This document shows, one piece after another, positions 26,764 to 39,337 of a stretch of 64,000 nt of DNA. Below the pieces are notes generated by a model. The model did not search any database, was not told where the DNA came from, and worked only from the letters and a program-made list of their open reading frames with translations. The position numbers and the translations under genes were made by a program. The DNA lies in NCBI GenBank assembly GCA_964016885.1, contig OZ024741.1, positions 344,968,001 to 345,032,000 on the forward strand, written 5' to 3'. The DNA is from Eledone cirrhosa (Eukaryota). Numbering within the stretch: position 1 is the first letter of the stretch; each line of letters opens with the position of its first letter.

Positions 26764-27086
26764 CTGTGTATACGACCATGGGATTTGCACTTAGATAATT
26801 TCCCTCCACGGCACAAGTCCAGGCAAGGTTGATTGTGGAAGACCAGCAGTCGCCCATGCATACTAGTCTGTTATCTCCATGCCTCCGTTGTTGCCCAAGG
26901 GAAGGGCAGAGGCCAATACAGCTTGGCATCAGAGATGTGGCAACTCATTTCAACAGCTGAGTAAACTGAAGCAACGTGAAATAAAGAGTCTTGGTCTAAG
27001 ACACAACACATCACCCGATCCGAGAATCAAACTCACAACTTCCCAATTGTAAGCCCAATGCTCTAACCACTAAGCCATGCCCCTTC

Positions 27087-27185
27087 ATATATATGTATAT
27101 ATATATATATATGATATATATATATATATATGATATATATATATATGATATATATATATACATATATATCATATATATATATATC

Positions 27186-27217
<32 letters not shown>

Positions 27218-27273
27218 GGATACTATTTATAGTTATGTATATTTTAAACTATAAACAGGGAAGGTGTTGTGAA

Positions 27274-27360
<87 letters not shown>

Positions 27361-27442
27361 TTATGTATATATATATATATATATTTTATTTATGTATATA
27401 TATATATTATATTTATGTATCTATATATATATATATCTATTA

Positions 27443-27514
<72 letters not shown>

Positions 27515-27581
27515 TTATGTATATATATCTATATCTATTATATTTATATATATATATATATTATATTTATATATATATATT

Positions 27582-27619
<38 letters not shown>

Positions 27620-27620
27620 A

Positions 27621-27666
<46 letters not shown>

Positions 27667-27729
27667 TTATATATATATCTATATCTATTATATTTATATA
27701 TATATATATATATTATATTTATATATATA

Positions 27730-27772
<43 letters not shown>

Positions 27773-27904
27773 TATATTTATATATATATATATATATTAT
27801 ATTTATATATATATTTATTATATTTATTATATTTATATATATATATATAGTATGTATATATATCTATATATATATATATATATATATATAGATATATATA
27901 CATA

Positions 27905-27941
<37 letters not shown>

Positions 27942-27999
27942 TTATATATATATATATATATTATATTTATATATATATATATATATAAATAGTAATATC

Positions 28000-28036
<37 letters not shown>

Positions 28037-28074
28037 TTATATATATATATATATATATATTATATTTATATATA
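27087..28074. repeat. About 1 kb (TA)n/TATTATATTTA compound microsatellite
   Basis: Seen directly. Similar tracts at 22484-22727, 23480-23640, 25750-26235 and 48330-48660. Confidence 0.95.
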
Positions 28075-29765
28075 TCATCATCATCATCATCATCAACGTT
28101 TAACGTCCGTGTTCCACGCTTGCATGGGTTTGGACGGGGGTATTCCCACTTGAGGCAAGAGTGATTGTCTTGCTCGCATAGGACTGTCTGGCAGGTTTTC
28201 TACAGTTGGATGCCCTTCCTAACACCAACCACATTTACAGTGTGGGTCTGGGAGGTTTTTACCGTGTTGCCTACACGGCCACATTACAGCGTGGACTGTG
28301 TGTTTTTTTGTCATGACACCTACACGATCTCATTTGTTTCGGCCTCGATGGCGCGGCACCAACATAACTTTACATAGAACGGGGTGGTGTGGATGGGGTG
28401 GGGGTGGTGGGACGGGGTGTATTTTGTTAGTGATGCCTACTGGCTGTAGTAGGTTTTACTTTGTATTTAGGTAAGGCGGGTCTTCTCTGTTACTGAGTAC
28501 CGCCAAAGGTCTCGGTCCAGTGACATTGTCTTGGAGAGGTGTAAGTGTGTGAGGTCGGAGTTTATCAGCTCGTCCCAGGTTTTTCTAGGTCTGCCTATTC
28601 CGTTGCTACCGTCTATCTTTATTGCCCTGCACTTTGTTATACAGCTATCGACTTTCATGCGCATCACGTGTCCATACCAACGTAGCCTTCTCTCGAGTAA
28701 ACAACATCTGATCCCTCTTATTTCTAATTTTTTCCTTAGTTCGTTTATGCTTTGCCGTTCACGTATATTACTGTTACACATCCAGCGGAGCATGCAAGCT
28801 TCGTTCCTCTCTAGTCTGCGTATATCCTCTGCACACAATGCCCAGGTCTCACTGCCATGCAACATTGCTGTTCGTATGCAGGCATCATACAACCTGCCTT
28901 TCATTTTTAGGAAGAACCCTTTAGCAGCTAATAGTGGTATAAGCTCTCTGAACTTTTTCCAACCAGTTCTGACTCTAGCTACTGTACTTTCAGAGCACCC
29001 TCCCCCACTGCTGATTTTATCGCCCAGGTAACGGAAGCTGTCCACTATTTCTATAGAACCCTCTGCGCAATTGAAAGAGCTAGTATTTTGTGGGCACTTG
29101 CTGCTACTTATTGCACCAGAGCACCGGCCACATGTAAAATCTATGTTCTTAGTTAGCTTACCTGTGATCCCACTACATCTTTTATGCACCCATACTTTGC
29201 ATTTGGGACATAAAATGGAGTTTCTACCTACGCCTTTCCTACACACTGAGCATGACCATTTCCCAGAAGGGACCGCCGCCTTATTTTCTTTCCTACAAAC
29301 TAGAACTTTAGTCTTAGACAGGTTAATTTTAAGGCCTTTTGATTCTAGGCCGTGCTTCCATGTTTGGAATTTCTTCTCTAGCTCGGCCATTGATTCAGCT
29401 ATGAGTGTCAGGTCGTCTGCGTATAGGAGTTCCCATGGGCAGCCGGTCTTGAACTCCTCTGTTATAGCCTGAAGGGCAATAATAAATAGTAGGGGGCTGA
29501 GAACAGAGCCCTGATGGACGCCAACTTTTACGCTAAACTCTTCACTATATTCGTTGTTAATTCTAACCTTGCTGACTGTTTCTTTATACATGGCTTGTAT
29601 AGCTCTCACAAGCCATTCGTCAACACCTAGTTTTCTAAGAGCCCACCAGATAATGGAGCGGGGGACTCTGTCGAAGGCTTTCTCCAAGTCGACAAAAGCT
29701 AAGTAGAGGGGTTTACCTTTAGCTAGGTACTTCTCCTGTAGTTGTCGTACAATGAAAAGAGCGTC
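28075..29765 (-). mobile_element. 5'-truncated RTE-clade LINE with (GAT)n tail, inserted in (TA)n
   Basis: RT frame, about 390 bp of 3'UTR and a (CAT)n tail on + at about 28075. The 5' end breaks into a TA repeat at 29766. Confidence 0.9.
28467..29765 (-). CDS. Reverse transcriptase C-terminal portion (RTE LINE), with an internal PHD-like Cys cluster
   Basis: AFVDLEKAFDRVPR, GVHQGSVLSPLLF, LLYADD, FRYLG, RRLRWYGHV and GRPRKTW motifs; CSVC...CPKCKVWVHKRC...CGRC insert. No stops in about 430 codons. Confidence 0.9.
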   Translation of the reverse strand, partial: DALFIVRQLQEKYLAKGKPLYLAFVDLEKAFDRVPRSIIWWALRKLGVDEWLVRAIQAMYKETVSKVRINNEYSEEFSVKVGVHQGSVLSPLLFIIALQAITEEFKTGCPWELLYADDLTLIAESMAELEKKFQTWKHGLESKGLKINLSKTKVLVCRKENKAAVPSGKWSCSVCRKGVGRNSILCPKCKVWVHKRCSGITGKLTKNIDFTCGRCSGAISSSKCPQNTSSFNCAEGSIEIVDSFRYLGDKISSGGGCSESTVARVRTGWKKFRELIPLLAAKGFFLKMKGRLYDACIRTAMLHGSETWALCAEDIRRLERNEACMLRWMCNSNIRERQSINELRKKLEIRGIRCCLLERRLRWYGHVMRMKVDSCITKCRAIKIDGSNGIGRPRKTWDELINSDLTHLHLSKTMSLDRDLWRYSVTEKTRLT

Positions 29766-29803
29766 TATATATATATATATATATATAAAGATATATATAC
29801 ATA

Positions 29804-29844
<41 letters not shown>

Positions 29845-30220
29845 TTATATATATATATGATAACTGCCACTTCATTACAGAAGACAGGGCTATCTCTTCA
29901 ACAAATTCCCTGGTATTATGAACGACTGCTGGCTGCTGGCCAGTTTGATGGCTGGAGTGGTTTTGTTTAGGTCACCTTTTCTTGACCCTTCCCATGTGGT
30001 ATGTGTGACCAGTGTGTCCCCAAAATGGGTTACTCAGATGCTCAAGATTCTGAGAACTATGTTGCTGTTCACATTAACAATGCAGCGATTTTAAGATAAG
30101 ACTGAAGGTATCCACATGTAGATTTGTGACAATGTGCTTCTAAACAGTCAACAGACATTGCCACTCCTCCACTTCTGTAGGACTTATATATCTGCATATC
30201 ACATATGTTATTTTCATGTA

Positions 30221-30764
30221 CAGCGTGGTTCGAAAGTCTTGTCACCCTCTACCAAAAAGTCATGAGAAACAGTTTATGTTCCCATCGCAGTATCGTCCTC
30301 TTCGGAGGAGCTGGTTTGCCCAATCTTGCAGTGAAGTCATGTCGCACATCCTCCATGCTCTTGCCAGAATGCACACGATCATGTGTCCATACACTTGTAA
30401 GCAGCCTCTCTTCCAAACTGTAGGAGCTCTCAAATAGAAAATTATATTATTATTATTATATATTATAATTAATGATATTATATATTATATTATTAAAACA
30501 AAAAATAATTGTTTCTACTTTTGGCACAAGGCCAGCTATTACCCAGTGTATTACTTGTACTTTATTTTATCGACCCCGTAAGGATGAAAGGCAAAGTTAA
30601 CCCCGGCGGGATTTGAACTCAGAATGGCAAGGGCCGTAACTCCATGTGTCAAAGCATGGTGTCCGACTCTCTACCGATACTGCCAGCCACCGCCATTAAA
30701 ACAAAAAATAATGAAAGTTAAAACAATATGTGACAAGGGGTAACAAGACTTTCGGACCACTCTG
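30221..30764 (-). mobile_element. Deleted Tc1/mariner element with N-terminal HTH (DUF4817-like) remnant and a nested SINE
   Basis: TIRs CAGCGTGGTTCGAAAGTCTTGTCACCC / GGGTAACAAGACTTTCGGACCACTCTG with TA flanks. Minus frame YSLEERLLTSVWTHDR...DFTARLGKPAPPKRTILRWEHKLF. SINE at about 30510-30695. Confidence 0.75.
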
Positions 30765-31467
30765 TATATGCCTATCGCATATGTTATTTTCATAGAGTTT
30801 AACTTCTCCAGGGGGTGTAGCCATACTCACCATGCTTGGCCAATTGTGGGTTGGTGAGGCTATTTAACCCATAGTTGGGGTAGATGGCTGTTGATTCTGT
30901 AGAGTTCATCTTCCCTTTGACAGCTCTTGTTTTGTGCATTTCCCCTCCTCACTAGACCAGTGTCTGGGGAAGTTAAGCCAGTTTATTCATTAAACACCCA
31001 ACCATGAAACAGGTTGTACTGGGCTACATGGTACCAGTACACATATATGAATGTGTATATATTATGTCAGGTCAGGTTTCTGCCTGCTAGTGGTAAATTC
31101 AAGGCAATTTTGAAATTAGAGGCACCATTCAGGAAGCCATTGGGCTGCATGAGGCTCATGAGCCACAGTTTGCCCATGGCTGCCTTCATCCCTATGTGAC
31201 TATAACAAATAAGATGAGGACAATAGTCCAACTATATCTGCATATAATGATTTCTATTTTAGGCCCATGGCTAGTAACTTTAGGGAAGAGAAAATCAATT
31301 AAATTGACCCCAGTATTTAAATGGTCCCTTATTTTATAGACCCCAAAAAATGAAAGGCAAAGTTGACCCAGTGGGATCTGAACTCAAGAAGTAAAGAGCT
31401 GGAACAAATACTGCTAAAATTTGTCTGATGCTCTGTTCACTGCCATAATAATAATTATATATATATT

Positions 31468-31503
31468 TCTTCTGATGAAGGACTAGCGTCCAAAACGTTA
31501 AGA
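31468..31503 (+). ncRNA. Degenerate minimal hammerhead (G12 to A)
   Basis: TCTT CTGATGA A GGAC-TAGC-GTCC AAAA CG TT AAGA. Confidence 0.62.
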
Positions 31504-32382
31504 CCCTCTTCCTGCTATTTCAAGTGTTAACCTAATATATTCCTTCCATATACTGTACCGTTTGTGTTGTTATTTCTGTTTACCTTTTACATATATATAT
31601 ATATATATATACATATATATATAATCAGAATGGAGGCGGTAAAAACCAGTTTGACCATTACTCACCAGAGTACTCGATACTTGGGGTAGTAGAGTGGGTA
31701 ATATGAAAATTTTGTGACCCCAACTGATGAGCCCCAGCCATTTTAACAGCTAGATCTGAACCAGCCATCGGAGTCCCGAATGTTTCACATATATATATCA
31801 TCGTCACCTTTTCACATCCATTCTTCCACACTAGCATATATGTATTTATTATCATCGTCATTATCATCCTTGTGAAAATTACAGTTTTTTTTTATGTGAT
31901 GCAGTCACAGTACTGTTTTATACTTTTCCACATCTTGCTAATATAGTTTTGTGTGGTACAGGATGTTAAGAGTTTAAAGTTACATTTGCTTTATAACTAG
32001 CCTTTCAAATATGTGTCTGTGTGTCTGCATGTGTACCTCTGTGTATATGTTTGTGTGTCTGTATGTGTGTACATATACACGAGTAATAATTATCCAGAAT
32101 CTTCTTGACACAAATTGAGTCAACAATATTAAAGGACCTTAATAGAGAATAAGGTATGGGGAACCTTTTTCAAGCAATGGGCTGCATAAGATGTGCCTCA
32201 TCATATGGCGGGCCGCCCTACTAAATAATTCAAGGAAGTTTTGAAATAAGGCGTGCCATTCAGGGATCCAAACAGGCCACAGGACGCAGTTTGCCCACGA
32301 CTGTTCTAGTCTATGGGTTGTGGTCTAATAGGAAGTGTATTTATTTGGACCACAATATCAATACCATGTAACACCAGTAATA

Positions 32383-33600
32383 ATTGTTTCTACTTTAGGC
32401 ACAAGGCCAACAATTTTGGGGGAGGGGAAAGTTGATTAAATCGACCCCAGTGTGTGACTGGTGCTTTATTTTATCGACCCCTATAAGGATGAAAGGCAAA
32501 GCTAACCTCGGCGGGATTTGAACCCGGAACACAAAGGGCCGCAACTCTGTACCTCAAAGCATGCTGTCCGATGCTCTACCAATTACTGCCAATTCACAGA
32601 AATAATAATTGTTTCTACATTTGGTACAAGGCCAGCAATTTGAAGGGACGGAGAAAGTCGATTATATTGACACCAGTATATGACTGGTACTTTATTTTAT
32701 TGTCCCTAGGAGGATGAACGGCAAAGTTGATCTCAGCACGATTTGAAGCTATAATAATGATCTCATTTATTGGCCACAAGGGCCATTTGAAGCTATAATA
32801 ATAAAAATAATAATTGTTTCTACTTTTGGCACAAGGCCAACAATTATCCCAGTGTATTACTGGTACTTTATTTTATCGACCCCGTAAGGATGAAAGGCAA
32901 AGTTAACCTTGGCGGGATTTGAACTCAGACCATAAAGGGCCGTAACTCTCTGCTGCAAAGCATGGCGCAACCCTCTACTGATACTGCTAATCCACCCCCT
33001 TTTTGAAGCTATAATAATAAAAATAATAACAATAATTGTTTCTACTTTTTGCACAAGACCAGCAACTATCCCAGTGCATTACTGGTACTTTATCTCATCG
33101 TAAGGATGAAAGGCAAAGTTAACCTCAGCAGGATTTGAACTAAGACCGTAAAGGGGCCTAACTCTATGCTGCAAAACATGGCGTCCAACCCTCTACCGAT
33201 ACTGCCATCCACCGCCCTTAAATAAAAATAATAACAATAATACAAAAAAATATATAACCCAAACCCCAGGACTTATAAATATACACAGCATAGAGAAAAT
33301 AACAGTACTAGGCACATGAAGAGTACTCCCAATACAATATAACTGACAACACTGACATACCCAAGGACACAGAGCTGTACTCTGTATTGATGACATGCCT
33401 TTAAAATAAGGCTAATAATTGTTTATATTTCATTGAATCAATGAAATCAACCCCAGTTCATTACTGGTGCTTTCTTTTATTGACTCCATAAGAATAAAAG
33501 GTAAAGCCAACTTTGGCAGGATTTGAACTTAGAATGTAAAGGGACATAACTCTATGCTGCAAAGCATGTTGTTCGACACTGTATTGATACTGCCAATATA
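32383..33600 (-). mobile_element. Cluster of about 5 family A SINEs, minus orientation
   Basis: Repeated TTGTTTCTACTTT.GGCACAAGGCC...GGATTTGAACTC...GATACTGCCA. Confidence 0.85.
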
Positions 33601-33644
33601 TTAATAATAATAATAACTGTAATTATAATGATAATGCTTTCTTT

Positions 33645-34010
33645 ATTAACCACAAGGGTTTACACAAAGTAAGACATAAAGGACAATACAGGACGGTACA
33701 GGACGGTACAAATGGGCATTTCTGCGTGTAAAAAAACAAAAAACAGAGGATGTAACAAAAAAGAAACAATGAAAAATTCCCCAATAGGGGGGAGACTTCC
33801 GAGGGACATTCATGGAGAAAGCCCATTAAAAAAGCCACGGTGACCCTGACCACCAGGGCAAGTGCCCTCTCCCAGTTTTCCACCTTCAATTTACAGGCAC
33901 ATTCTCTCGGCACATTCACTTGGGCCATGCTTGCCTCTCTCACCCATCTTTCAACAAAATGCTGGGAAGAGAGCACTTCCCCCTCTACCCTGATTTTCCT
34001 TTTCAATAAT
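33645..34010 (-). mobile_element. 3' end of a Tx1/L1-like LINE
   Basis: Minus frame [22 protein letters not shown] resembles the ORF2 C-terminal ...F..RW motif. It is followed by a 3'UTR, AATAAA and an (ATT)n tail. Confidence 0.55.
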
Positions 34011-34039
34011 ACTTCTTTCTCTGTCACCTATCTTAACAG

Positions 34040-34258
34040 AATAGCAAGTCCGAAGAGTCCAAGTTCGTTGAGCAAGGCATCTCCAATTAGCAGCACACCA
34101 CCGCGGACATCACGAGAAGGGCGAGAATTAATTCACTGCCCAACCCCTGGATGCGACGGCAGTGGACATGTCTCAGGAAATTATGCATCTCATCGAAGTT
34201 TGTCTGGCTGTCCGCTAGCAGATCGAGCAACAGTCCTTGCTAGCCATGTTGAGCAAAA
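34040..34258 (+). CDS. MYT1L: MYT1-family exon, C2HC zinc finger [26 protein letters not shown]
   Basis: ttaacAG acceptor and AA|gtaagt donor, phase 2/2, in frame with both neighbours. Canonical MYT1-type CCHHC finger. Confidence 0.96.
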
Positions 34259-34840
34259 GTAAGTAAATCAAAATGTAAAAAAAAACAAAATAGAACAAAG
34301 CAATCATTCATGATACCAGGTATTTGATACATACATGCATAAAAAAGAATATATATGTATACATATATATATATATAACAAATGACTAATTTGAGAAAGC
34401 TGGTACAATGCGGTAAAAATATATAATGGGCAAAGGATGATAAATAAAGCAAAACAAAATAATGTTTTTATCCAGTATATTTATATCATTATCACCACCG
34501 TTGTTCTGTTGTGGGCAATACTAGGTCAGGTAACCATGTCTTGCTCATACAGAACTGATTTTGGCTTGGTTTCTACAGCTGAATGCTCTTCCTAACACCA
34601 ACCTCAATTACAGTGAGTACTGGGTGCTTTTTTCATTTTTACATTTGAAAAGAGGATCATAGCCCTGAAATAGTATATTGAAATATACTAGGTAAAAACA
34701 TTACTTTGTTTTATTTTATTTGTTATCCTTTCCCCTTTTATATATTTCTACCGGCTTGTACCAGCTTTCTGAAACTTATCAGTTTTTTATTACATATCTC
34801 ACAATGCTTCATATTAACTATACTAATATATATATATATA

Positions 34841-35365
34841 CGAAGGGGCTTCAAGACGTTTGTGGAAAAAGAACATAGCTAAAAATCATATGCAAGGATT
34901 TTGATCTCAATGGACCTGTACATTCTCGTACTAACGTGTCATAATATATTCTAACATGAACCCTTAAATGCATGTTGCAACGCAGCACCGCCAATCAGAA
35001 ATCAGTACCCACCCGAGCAACATGGTCTCCATGAAAACACTAAATCCATAGTGAAGCTAGGGTGGAAGAACAGCCAAATCATTGATGCTCTGGAGCAAGT
35101 TTATGGGGACAATGCTCCAAATAAATCAACAACCTACAAATGGATAAGTGGAAGAGATGAGGTTAAAGATGATCTCCAACTGAAGATGTAAAAAAAACTG
35201 CTTTGACATGGTTTAAATCCCATGGCCCTCAGTTTTACACAGATGGACTTAAAGGCTGCTATGAATGCTTGCAGAAGTGTATTGACCTAGATGGAACATA
35301 TGTTGAAAAATAAACATCATAACTTAAATCATATCTTTTTTCCACAAACTTTTCGAAGGCCCCTC

Positions 35366-35366
<1 letters not shown>
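34841..35366 (+). mobile_element. Internally deleted mariner (irritans subfamily, Hsmar2-like)
   Basis: TIRs CGAAGGGGCTTCAAGACGTTTGTGGAAAAA / TTTTTCCACAAACTTTTCGAAGGCCCCTCG with TA flanks. Remnant peptides VKLGWKNSQIIDALEQVYGDNAPNKSTTYKW and KKTALTWFKSHGPQFYTDGL...QKCIDLDGTYVEK*. Confidence 0.88.
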
Positions 35367-35428
<62 letters not shown>

Positions 35429-36947
35429 TACATACATACATATTATACACATAGTTTTTGTTCTCTTCTATAATTTTCTATTTATTTTCCTATTTTCTTC
35501 TTTATTTACTTGTTTCTTTCGTTGTTCTTGTTAAAAGTAGCGAATTGCAGCAACAGTAAAGTGTGAAACAAAATTACATTGATTTACATTCTCATTTCAA
35601 ATATGACTGAGGAGAACTTTGCTTCTCATCTTTCTGGGGTCCATAAAATAAATACTGAGGGAGATGTGAAGGGTTAATATAATTTATTATACCCTTCCAC
35701 AAATTTCTGCTCCTGCATCTGTCTTTGAAATTATCATTCCTGTTACACTCTGATTGCAAATCCTGCCCAGTGCACTTTATCTTACATTTTCCTGAGGTTG
35801 ATATAATGAATTTCTAGTCAGGTACTGATGCTGATATATAATGAACTATTCCCTCCTTTTTGTACATTATTCTATGTACTATACATGCACATTTGATGAG
35901 TTGTAGTGCACCTGAGCACCATACACAATAATTTTCATTATCATTATCATTTCTGGCCTTGTGCCATTGTTTGAAATTATTATTATTATTATCATTAGGG
36001 CAATGGATTGGAAGAATCGTTAGTGCATCAGATGAAATGCTTTGTGGTATTTAGTTACGACATTTCACATTCTGAGTTCAAATTCCGCTAAGGTCAATTT
36101 TACCTTTCATTCTTTAAGAGCAGAGGGGATATAAAATAAAGTACCAGTTAAGTACTGGTGCCAATATAATTGATTCGTTCCTTCCTCCAAATTACATTAA
36201 ATTAATTGTTCCTACTTTTGGCACAAGGCCAGCAATTAACCAGTGCATTACTGGTACTTTATTTTATCGACCCCGTAAGGATGAAAGGCAAAGTTAACCT
36301 TGGAGGGATTTGAACTCAGAACATAAAGGTACATAACTATGCTGGAAAGCATGGCGTCCAACCCTCTACTGATACTGCCAAAGAATTGGTTAGAGCAACA
36401 CACAAAACATCTTGATTTGTCTTGCCATATGTAGTTACCTCCCTTTATAATCTGAGTTCACATCATAAATCAAATAAATCATATATCTTTTGTCTAAGTG
36501 AAAATCATTTTATTGTTTCTGCCAGAGCTACGTATTCTATATATTTCCTTCCATAAATATCAAATTTATTTTCATTCTCATATTTTTAAATTTCTTTTTA
36601 TTTTTAAATTTCATTTTCCATTCGTCCTTTCTTCTTTTCTCTTTCTCTGGTGGTTTCTTCTTTTATAAATATATTGTGTGTGTGTTTATTATTATCTTTT
36701 CATTGCTCATTACATTTAACCAAAGTTTTGAAATGAAATGTTTTATAAAATGCAGTTTGTTTGAAGTATAAAAAGAAACATTTCTGTTGTTTTCACTGTT
36801 TTAAATTTGTATAAATACTTAGGATATGTTGGGTTTTGTTGTTTTGCTCCACTCCACCTCTCTGTCTGTTACACGTATAAATAAATATATACATGAACAT
36901 AATATATATATCGAAACGGCTTGAGCTCTGCCATCGGGGTTAAACGT

Positions 36948-36999
<52 letters not shown>

Positions 37000-38145
37000 C
37001 TTTGCCCTATTTTGTTAGTTTATCCTTTTATTTTTCCTTTTTGAAATCTTTGAAACTGAATACCTGTAATATTCTAGTTTCAATTCAATCAGCAGCAGCT
37101 TTCATTCTGTTCATAACTACTTCACCTTGGTTCTATTTGAAAATATATCAATATTTCTTATTCAAAATGTTGTCGAGCAAGAACTCATCTGCTGTTGACC
37201 ACTTCATTGTTATACAGCCCAATTTTCACAGATCAATGGATTGGTTTGTTCTGGTTAGCAAAATATTAAGGAGCAGACATATGCGACCAGATATCTAAAT
37301 GATGTCATTGTTTATGAATAATGTCCCTTTTTCTATAATGCACACGCACCTTCCTCACCTTTTATTTCTTCCATTTCATTCCCCTTTCTTTCTAATCCCT
37401 TAATATCATGATGTTGTTGTTGTTCATGAGGTGGTGGTGGTGGTGGTGGTGGTTGTTGCCTTTGCTAGCAATAATTAGATTCACCCTTCCAGCAAACTCT
37501 GATTGTGTGGGTCTGTTTTGATGTTGTTGTCGCTGTTGCTGTTGCTATTATTTTAATGCTGTTTATATATTCTAAATTACTTAATATCTTGCTGCTGCTA
37601 TTGTTGTTGTATATTATATACGTTAGTAATGAAAGAAAATGATATATATACATACATGCATATATATATATATATGTGTGTGAAGGTGTGTGGCTTAGTG
37701 GTTAGAGAATTGGATTCGCGATCGTGGGGTTGTGAGTTTGACTCCTGTACCGAGTCATGTGTTATGTCCTTGAGCAAGACACTTTATTATTTCACGTTGC
37801 TCCTTCTATCTGGAGTTGCAGCAGATAGATAGTATTAGCAATTGGAAAAACCAATGGAAACATTGTTTCTTCAGTCTGATTTGACGGAAATCGATCGACT
37901 GTCAATGTATATATATAAAGGCGAAAACAATCGCTTGAAGGGGGGGGGGGGACTGGAGTTTCTTCTCTGAAGACCATCTGCTATCTCACCACTTTATATA
38001 TATATATATTATATATATATGTGTATGTAAATTTATCTATATCAATATATATTTATCTATACACACACGCACACACATATATATATATATACATATATAT
38101 GTGTGTATATATATATATATATGTAAATATATCTATATCAATATA

Positions 38146-38192
<47 letters not shown>

Positions 38193-38205
38193 AAAAAAGA
38201 TGAAA

Positions 38206-38475
38206 TATAAGGAAAAAAGATGAAATTGAAAATGCAACTGGAGTCTTTTTAAGAATATTTATTTGGTTCCTTTATTTGCAGTTCTTGTACTTTTCAAAAG
38301 TAGAATTGAGATGGAGGGTTTGTGGGTTTTTTTGCATGAAAAACCACAAACCATGAACCCTCCATCTCAATTCTACTTTTGAAAAACACAAGAACTGCGA
38401 AACCGGTAAAGGAACCAAATAAATATTCTTAAAAAAACTCCAGTTGCATTTTCAATTTCATCTTTTTTCCTTATA
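38206..38475. repeat. Inverted repeat, about 110-bp arms
   Basis: AAGGAAAAAAGATGAAATTGAAAATGCAACTGGAG ... CTCCAGTTGCATTTTCAATTTCATCTTTTTTCCTT. Confidence 0.92.
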
Positions 38476-38571
38476 CTTTCACTTGTGTAGGACATCTCGT
38501 TTATTTTTCATTTTGTTAAAAAAGCCTCATTTTTTAATATATATATATATATACACACATATATATACACA

Positions 38572-38624
<53 letters not shown>

Positions 38625-38648
38625 GTATATATATATATATATACACAT

Positions 38649-38706
<58 letters not shown>

Positions 38707-38807
38707 TATATACATACACACAGGGTGTCCACAAAAAATGTATACACACTTCAAAAGCATCTTACCTAAGTACAAAGTGAAACCTACTACAGTCAGTAGG
38801 CACCTCT

Positions 38808-39163
38808 AACAAAATACACCCCCGTCCCACTACCCCCACCCCATCCACACCACCCCTTTCAATGTAAAGTTATGTTGGTACCACAACATCCAGCCCGAAA
38901 CAAATGAGATTGTGTAGGTGTCACAACAAAAAAACACACAGTCCACGCTGTAATGTGGCCGTGTAGGTGACACGGTAAAAACCTCCCAGTTCCACACTGT
39001 AAATGTGGTTGGTGTTAGGAAGGGCATCCAGCTGTAGAAAACCCGCCAGACAGTCCTATGCGAGCAAGACAACGACTCTTGCCTCAAGTGGGAAAACACC
39101 TGTCCAAAGCCATGCAAGCGTGGAATATGGACGTTAAACGATGATGATGATGATGATGATGAT
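38808..39163 (+). mobile_element. RTE 3'UTR-only copy; shorter relatives at about 11165-11330, 20545-20780, 22080-22345, 41515-41660, 54957-55258 and 59150-59340
   Basis: Close reverse complement of 28075-28430, ending GGACGTTAAACGATGATGATG. Confidence 0.8.
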
Positions 39164-39299
39164 GTGTATACATTTTTAGGGGATACCCTGTGTATATATG
39201 TATATATATATATTTATTGCTCTATGGTTCTTATATATTTGATATATATTTATCCTTATCGAGCCCTCTTTGGATTTTAGTCTTCAAATTTATTATTGT

Positions 39300-39337
<38 letters not shown>

